DNA from: Eledone cirrhosa | Lineage: Eukaryota | Direction: 5' to 3' | Assembly (NCBI GenBank): GCA_964016885.1 | Contig: OZ024765.1 | Span: 6,944,001 to 7,008,000 of the forward strand | Length of the DNA: 64,000 nt | Shown: piece after piece, positions 56,901 through 64,000 of the stretch | How the letters are laid out: each line of letters starts with the position of its first letter | Numbering within the stretch: position 1 is the stretch's first letter | Notes under the pieces: generated by a model | Told to the model about the DNA's origin: nothing | What the model saw: only the letters and a program-made list of their open reading frames with translations | Database searches by the model: none | Program-made: the position numbers and the translations under genes

Positions 56901-59900
56901 AGAAAAATTAAAAGAAAGAAACTTACAGCGTTTTGAACAGAGATTTTGGACATTAGAGTCGTCAGGTGGACAGGAGGATCGCTGATAAGGGGGGGCTTTG
57001 TTCAACCAGATCTCCCTGAAAATAAAAAGAAAACCACAATTGAATTGTGGGCATCGCCTTCATCTTCATCATTATCATCAATGCCATTATCATCATCTTT
57101 ATCATCATCATCATCATTGTCATCATCTTCATAGGGCGGTGAATTGGCAGTATCGGTAGAGGGTCAGACATGCTTTCCAGCATAGAGTTACGTCCCTTTA
57201 TGGTCTGAGTTCAAATCCCGCCGAGGTTAACTTTGCCTTTCATCCTTACGGGGGTCGATAAAATAAAGTACCAGTAATGCACTGGGGTTATTGCTGGCCT
57301 TGTGCCAAAAGTAGAAACAATTATCATCACCATCATTATCATCATCACCATCATCATCATCATCATTACCATCATTCTCATCGTCACCACCAGCGTCGCC
57401 ACCATCATCATCATCATCATCACTAATGTCGCCATCATTATCAATGATTTTTAATGCCAGTAAAACTGGGATAAACCTTGATCTGATGAGCCCCAGTCTT
57501 CAGACCAACTTTTAAACCTCCAGTGGTCTGTTGTCCTAGACAGGGAAGAGTGTTGTACCCTAATAAAACTGGGATAAACCTTGATCTGATGAGCCCCAGT
57601 CTTCAGACCAACTTTTAACCCTCCAGTAGTCTGTTGCACCCATATGACCCTCTGTTAACACCATCAACAGCACAAACTAACTAACAGACTCCCACCACTA
57701 ACCCATGTCCACCTCCACTCCTCTGGCCATCTACCTTCACTCCCTATACAAATAAATCATCCTTGTCATCACTATTATTTTAACATCCACTTCTCCACAT
57801 AGAGAGATCACAGCTCTGATACTATGGACATGTGATTAGAATGTCTCAGGAAAGGATTGCTGGAGATATTTGTAGCTCAGATATCAAAGAGTCACTCCAG
57901 GTAGAGCTGGTACTTCTCTGAATTGAGAGATCACAGCTCTGATACTATGGACATGTGATTAGAATGTCTCAGGAAAGAATCACTGGAGATATTTGTAGCT
58001 CAGATATCAAAGAGTCACTCCAGGTAGAGCTGCTACTTCTCCTAATTGAGAGATCACAGCTCTGATACTATGGACATGTGATTAGAATGTCTCAGGAAAG
58101 AATCACTGGAGATATTTGTAGCTCAGATATCAAAGAGTCACTCCAGGTAGAGCTGCTACTTCTCCTAATTGAGAGATCACAGCTCTGATACTATGGACAT
58201 GTGATTAGAATGTCTCAGGAAAGAATCACTGGAGATATTTGTAGCTCAGATATCAAAGAGTCACTCCAGGTAGAGCTGCTACTTCTCCTAATTGAGAGAT
58301 CACAGCTCTGATACTATGGACATGTGGTTAGAATGTCTCAGGAAAGGATTGCTGGAGATATTTGTAGCTCAGATATCAAAGAGTCACTCCAGGTAGAGCT
58401 GCTACTTCTCCTAATTAAGAGATCACAGCTCTGATACTATGGACATGTGGTTAGAATGTCTCAGGAAAGGATTGCTGGAGATATTTGTAGCTCAGATATC
58501 AAAGAGTCACTTCAGGTAGAGCTGCTACTTCTCCTAATTGAGAGATCACAGCTCTGATACTATGGACATGTGGTTAGCATGTCTCAGGAAAAAATCGCTG
58601 GAGATATTTGTAGCTTGGAGATCAGAGAGTCACTTCAGGTAGAGCTACTACACTCACACATACATATACATGCATTTATATACTCACCTGAATGTAGAGT
58701 TTGGGGTGGTGAAGTCGTATCCACTGACATAAAACCAATTTTTCTGGCTCAATTTTCCTGCTGCATTAAAAAACTCATTCACTTTGTTGATTACTTGACT
58801 AATTGGGACAGGAGGATCAAATGATTTGAAGTACATCAATGTCTTTCTTTTATTTTGGAAATCCAGATAGAGCTATAGAGAGAAAAATACAAGACTTGGG
58901 ATGAGGTAATAAAAGCTGACCTTGTCCAATTGCACTTCTTAAAGGCAATGACACAGGACCGAGATCTCTGGCGTTACACGGTAATACAGAAGACCCGACT
59001 TCCCACGGGCACAGATGGAAGCTGAAGCACTTACACAGTATGTCCCCCCCCCCCCCCCCCCGCACCCCCCACTCTCCACTCAGCCTTCACTGTAGAGTGG
59101 TCATGGTGAGTTGACCAATAGGAGCAATAATGGTCTTATTTCATCATCATCATCATCACTGTCTAATGTCCATTTTTCACGCTGGCATGGGTTAGACAAG
59201 TTAATAGGGGGGCAAACCCAAGTGTACATGTTTAAAAACTTAAATTACCATATTTCTAATGACATCTTTTGATGGAAATGTTGAGAGAAGAAACAAAACC
59301 TGTTTTAACCTTTTCATTACCATTTTTCTAATGAAATTTACTGTGTCTCAGTGTCATTTCATTTAAAAAACAATCTTACAGAGATTTAGTAATGTGACTA
59401 ACCTTTCCAATATTAAATGTGTTTGGAACATAACTTAACAAAGGTTCTCACATTCAGTAATCAGAAGAAGGGAGGTAGGTGTAAAAGCCAAACTCACTAT
59501 CTTCAATTTAGTATTCGTGCTGACCCTGACCTTTGGTCATGAATCTTGAGTAATGACCAAAAAAATATGATCGTGAATACAAGTGGCTGAAATTGGAGTA
59601 ATGTTACTGGACAGAGTGCATAACTTGGAGATCAGAGAGTCATTCCAGGTAGAGCTGTTACTTCTCTGAATTGAGAAATCACAGCTCCAGGACTGCCGAC
59701 ATGTGGTTAGAATGTCTCGGGGGGGAAAAATCACTGGACAGATTTATAGCTTGGAGATCAGAGAATCACTCCAGGTAGAGCTGCTACTTCTCTGAATTGA
59801 GAGATCACAGCTCTGATACTATGGATATGTGGTTAGAATATCTCAGGAAAGAATTGCTGGACAGATTTGTAGCTCAGAGATCAGAGAATCACTCCAGGTA

Positions 59901-62900
59901 GAGCTGTTACTTCTCTGAATTGAGAGATCACAGCTCTGATACTATGGACATGTGGTTAGAATGTCTCAAGAAAGAATTGCTGGACAGATTTGTAGCTCAG
60001 AGATCAGAGAGTCACTCCAGGTAGAGCTGTTACTTCTCTGAATTGAGAGATCACAGCTCTGATACTAAGGACATGTGGTTAGAATGTCTCAAGAAAGAAT
60101 TGCTGGACAGATTTGTAGCTCAGAGATCAGAGAGTCACTCCAGGTAGAGCTGTTACTTCTCTGAATTGAGAGATCACAGCTCTGATACTATGGACATGTG
60201 GTTAGAATGTCTCAAGAAAGAATCACTGGACAGATTTGTAGCTCAGAGATCAGAGAGTCACTCCAGGTAGAGCTGTTACTTCTCTGAATTGAGAGATCAC
60301 AGCTCTGATACTAAGGACATGTGGTTAGAATGTCTCAAGAAAGAATTGCTGGACAGATTTGTAGCTCAGAGATCAGAGAGTCACTCCAGGTAGAGCTGCT
60401 ACTTCTCTGAATTGAGAGATCACAGCTCTGATACTATGGACATGTGGTTAGAATGTCTCAGTAAAGAATCACTGGACAGATTTGTAGCTCAGAGATCAGA
60501 GAGTCACTCCAGGTAGAGCTGGTACTTCTCTGAATTGAGAGATCACAGCTCTGATACTATGGACATGTGGTTAGAATGTCTCAAGAAAGAATTGCTGGAC
60601 AGATTTGTAGCTCAGAGATCAGAGAGTCACTTCAGGTAGAGCTGTTACTTCCCTGAATTGAGAGATCACAGCTCTGATACTAAGGACATGTGGTTAGAAT
60701 GTCTCAAGAAAGAATTGCTGGACAGATTTGTAGCTCAGAGATCAGAGAGTCACTCCAGGTAGAGCTGTTACTTCTCTGAATTGAGAGATCACAGCTCTGA
60801 TACTAAGGACATGTGGTTAGAATGTCTCAAGAAAGAATTGCTGGACAGATTTGTAGCTCAGAGATCAGAGAGTCACTCCAGGTAGAGCTGTTACTTCTCT
60901 GAATTGAGAGATCACAGCTCTGATACTAAGGACATGTGGTTAGAATGTCTCAAGAAAGAATTGCTGGACAGATTTGTAGCTCAGAGATCAGAGAGTCACT
61001 CTAGGTAGAGCTGCTACTTCTCTGAATTGAGAGATCACAGCTCTGATACTATGGACATGTGGTTAGAATGTCTCAAGAAAGAATCACTGGACAGATTTGT
61101 AGCTCAGAGATCAGAGAGTCACTCCAGGTAGAGCTGCTACTTCTCTGAATTGAGCGATCACAGCTCTGATACTATGGACATGTGGTTAGAATGTCTCAGG
61201 ACAGAATTGCTGGACAGATTTTACGGGCAAAAGCAACCAACAGGTGACCCAGGGGTAGACCCTGAGGAAGATGATTGGATAACATCCATAAGCTTGGCTG
61301 GTCACACTTAGGGATGCAGTTGGATAAATTAGAGATGGTTACATTTGACAGGACCTGCTGGAAGGAGTGTTTGAGGACTCTTGCCCTCATGACCCTCTCA
61401 GGAATAAGTGGGTGAAGAAGAAGGTTTTTTAGATAAATATAAACACCTAAACTATTTCATTACCATATTTCTAATGAAAGACACTGGCTATTTTTTTTCA
61501 AATAATTTTGAAAATAATCAAGAAATTAGTGAGATTTAATAATATAACTAATTTTCTCATTATTAAGTTGGTATTTGGAACATAACATAACATAACATCC
61601 ATAAAAATTATGATGAAATGTTACAAACACTTTAACCCCTTAGTATTTAAACCAGTCAAACACGGCCAAAATTCTCTCACTTCTTTCTGTTCAAACCAGC
61701 CATAACCGACTGCTCATGTTGATGTTAAAGTATTGTTCTCAAAGTAAATACTATCAAAATCTCATAGATTCGATATTATGTGAGGTAAAGTCTTTACCAT
61801 GAAAATACAATAGTATATATAGAGTAATGTAAATGTTATGTGAGATATTATGTGAGGTAAAGTCTTTACCATGAAAATATAATAGTATATATAGAGTAAT
61901 GTAAATGTTATGTGAGATATTATGTGAGGTAAAGTCTTTACCATGAAAAATTTAATAGTATATATAGAGTAATGTAAATGTTATGTGAGATATGTGAGGT
62001 AAAGCCTTTACTATGAAAATACAATAGTATATATAGAGTAATGTAAATGTTATGTGAGATATTATGTGAGGTAAAGTCTTTACCATGAAAATATAATAGT
62101 GTATATAGAGTAATGTAAATGCTAAAGGGTTAAAACAAACAGCGTTTTTTTAATGATAGAGGGGTTGTTTCAGTTGGTTTGACATAAAAAGAGTTAAAGG
62201 CCTTACTGAATTATCATTTGGCATTGGTATGTCATTGAGGTCAGTGTAAGAAATGGGTACACTGTAGGTATATTTCCAGTTGGCCCCTCCACCTACAATG
62301 GGACAGCGTTTCTCACTTTGAACAATGAGGTTACCACTATTCATAGATAAATCTGTGAAAGAGAGGAGGTCAGAAGATATGTGATTAGCACAGCTGTTTA
62401 ATCCAACATAGAATGTTGATTTTTAATTTAGTTGTATGCAGAAGAGTAATTAGCGAAGATACCTTGTTTCCATTATTATAAATGGATTGGCAGTATCAAT
62501 AGAGGGTTGAACGCCATGCTTTGACGTATAGAGTTACGCCCCTTGCCATTCAGAGTTCAAATCCCGCCGAGGTTAACTTTGCCTTTCATCCTTACGGGGT
62601 CGATAAAATAAAGTACCAGTAATACACTGGGTAATTACTGGCCTTGTGCCAAAAGTAGAAACAATTATTATAAATGGATTGGCAGTATCAGTAGAGGGTT
62701 GAACGCCATGCTTTGACGCAAAGAGTTACGGCCCTTTATGGTCTGAGTTCAAATCCTGCGGAGGTTAACTTTGCCTTTCATCCTTACGGGGTCGATAAAT
62801 TAGTACCAGTAATACACTGGTTAATTGCTGGCCTTGTGCCAAAAGTAGAAACAATTATTATAAGATTTGTGGGATTTGAACTCAGAATGTAAAGAGGTGA

Positions 62901-63003
62901 AACAAATGTTGTAAATAGCAACAACAACAACACCACCACCAACAACAACAACACCAACACCAACACCACCAACACCAACACCACCAACAACAACAACAAC
63001 ACC

Positions 63004-63034
<31 letters not shown>

Positions 63035-63225
63035 CCAACACCACCACCAACAACAACAACAATAAAGAAATTATCTTACTGAAAGAGTCAAAGTAGTGGT
63101 TTAAAACATTAAGGGCAAACAGTGGGTTATAGAAGTCCAACTTGGTTGTAAGGTAAACCCCTTGAGGGAACTGCTTGGTCTTCAGTGTACTTGTTGGTAT
63201 TGAGTGGTACTGCCTGGCACTGTTC
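47393..63225 (-). CDS. Tandem SOUL/HEBP-family (heme-binding-protein-like) two-domain protein; 7 exons visible, 5' end beyond window
   Basis: Exons join in frame (~368 aa). SOUL-like motifs occur twice. Domain A: [38 protein letters not shown]. Domain B: [52 protein letters not shown]. Confidence 0.82.
47735..49475. repeat. (TATG/CATG/TA)n low-complexity satellite, interrupted by a LINE fragment
   Basis: Direct observation. Confidence 0.92.
50642..50684 (+). ncRNA. Minimal hammerhead ribozyme motif (same family as 6529)
   Basis: AUGUUG-CUGACGA-uAGCU(AAUA)AGCUu-GAAA-CUAG-UA^CAGCGU. Confidence 0.68.
51225..52530 (+). mobile_element. CR1/L2-group LINE 3' fragment with a 61-bp tandem amplification near its end and an (ATT)n tail
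   Basis: [64 protein letters not shown]. Confidence 0.88.
52575..52720 (-). CDS. SOUL-like gene exon ([15 protein letters not shown]...PPCPIN)
   Basis: ctgcag / gtaagt on -, phase 1 to 0; GxN..I.MTxPV-like SOUL signature. Confidence 0.87.
53125..54365 (+). repeat. Second 61-bp array (~17 copies) in a CR1/L2-group LINE 3' end
   Basis: catggaacaaactacctgcatcagttgttagctgtcgagacactgcatcctttaaaacctc; same 3' tail as the 52360-52530 copy. Confidence 0.93.
54892..55029 (-). CDS. SOUL-like gene exon ([10 protein letters not shown]...LETRQM...FKYFQ)
   Basis: gttgcag / gtgagt on -, phase 1 to 1. Confidence 0.85.
55345..56480 (+). repeat. 45-49-bp minisatellite (~24 copies) inside a full-length SINE (55173-56580)
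   Basis: aaaaagcacccagcactcactgtaaagtg(gtcg)tggaggtgccatgg; SINE head and RTE-type tail intact on either side. Confidence 0.93.
56588..56870. repeat. 101-bp tandem repeat, ~2.8 copies
   Basis: caggttcca at 56660, 56761, 56862. Confidence 0.9.
56927..57015 (-). CDS. SOUL-like gene exon ([29 protein letters not shown]; inter-domain linker)
   Basis: ttttcag / gtaagt on -, phase 2 to 1. Confidence 0.82.
57800..58650 (+). repeat. 123-bp LINE-derived minisatellite, ~7 copies
   Basis: Period 123; unit is decayed RTE coding sequence ([17 protein letters not shown]). Confidence 0.92.
58688..58872 (-). CDS. SOUL-like gene exon ([19 protein letters not shown]...[17 protein letters not shown])
   Basis: ctctatag / gtgagt on -, phase 0 to 2. 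Confidence 0.82.
59620..61215 (+). repeat. 123-bp LINE-derived minisatellite, ~13 copies, embedded in its parent RTE-like fragment
   Basis: Period 123; flanked by colinear LINE sequence at 59470-59620 and 61215-61420. Confidence 0.93.
62207..62352 (-). CDS. SOUL-like gene exon ([12 protein letters not shown]...IPMPNDNS)
   Basis: ttcacag / gtaagg on -, phase 1 to 0. Confidence 0.8.
63080..63225 (-). CDS. SOUL-like gene exon ([30 protein letters not shown]...NHYFDSF)
   Basis: gtaaga donor on -; acceptor either ttaag (63225) or aacag (63219), same frame. Confidence 0.72.
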
Positions 63226-63759
63226 CTTAATACAGAAGAAATTGAAGCAAATAAACAAGAAAGTCCCCTTCTATATATATCATCATCATCATCATCATTT
63301 TACGTCTGCTTTTCCCTGCTTGCAAGGGTGGGACGGGAACTGATTCTGGCTTGATTTCTACAGCTGGATGCCCCTTCCTAACACCAACCTCATTTACAGT
63401 GAGGGCTGGGTGCTTTTTTGCCGTGGCACCTCCACGACCACTTTACAGTGGAATGATAGGGACCCCAGTCCCTATCATCTCATTTCTACAGCTGAGTAAA
63501 CTGGAGCAATGTGAAATAAAGTGTCTTGCTCAAAGAAACAACACATCACCTGGTCTGAGAATTGAACTCACAACCTTTCGATTGCAAGGCCAATGCTCTA
63601 ACCACTAAGCCATGTGCCTCCATATATATATATACAGTCCCCCTTCAATATATACAGACCCCTTCAATATATTCAGTCCCCTTTAATATATTCAGTCCCT
63701 TTTAATATACTCCTTTCACTTTTCTTTTCCTTCTTTCTTTCTCTCTTTCTTTCCTTTTC

Positions 63760-64000
63760 TCTTTCTTTCTTCGCTTAGCCTTTTGTCCTCCCCCTCTTTC
63801 TCTCCCTCGTTCCCTTTCATTTAGCCTTTGTTATCTCTCTCTCGCTCTCTCTCTCTTTCCCTTTCATTTAGCCTTTGTTATCTCTCTCTCGCTCTCTCTC
63901 TCTTTCCCTTTCATTTAGCCTTTGTTAACTCTCTCTCGCTCTCTCTCTCTTTCCCTTTCATTTAGCCTTTGTTATCTCTCTCTCTTGCTCTCTCTCTCTT
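63760..64000. repeat. Pyrimidine-rich ~48-50-bp tandem repeat
   Basis: ttccctttcatttagcctttgttatctctctctcgctctc repeated to the window end. Confidence 0.88.

Noticed and set aside
57460-57640. Duplicated CTGATGAG as hammerhead cores
   Set aside because: No GAAA half-core or stems follow; resembles a SINE 3' segment duplicated at ~101-bp period.
59497-59587. Apparent minus-strand exon (ttcag...gtgagt) inside the SOUL-like gene
   Set aside because: It is antisense RTE-like LINE sequence (homologous to 43240-43350), and the flanking exons join in frame without it.

Overview
AT-rich, repeat-dense eukaryotic (metazoan) genomic DNA, most likely an octopod cephalopod (inferred from its SINE/RTE/microsatellite landscape). 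It holds two convergent, 5'-truncated multi-exon genes. (1) MIOS (GATOR2 subunit) on +: 22 coding exons, 238-42058, joining into one open frame of 717 aa plus stop, with two U12-type (minor spliceosome) GT-AG introns. (2) On -, a divergent gene with at least two tandem SOUL/HEBP-family domains: 7 exons, 63225-47393, ~368 aa visible, Cys- and N-sequon-rich. The introns carry tRNA-derived SINEs, RTE, CR1/L2, R4/Dong-like and CRE-like LINE fragments, a Tc1/mariner remnant, piggyBac/hAT/mariner-type MITEs, and many minisatellites amplified from internal pieces of these elements. The most unusual non-coding signal is a set of at least five distinct families of type-I hammerhead-ribozyme motifs in Penelope-like fold-back palindromes. 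Intact unpaired copies are mostly antisense to the host gene, while sense copies are mostly mutated or locked in a hairpin with their own antisense copy. All calls were made by eye, without database searches.
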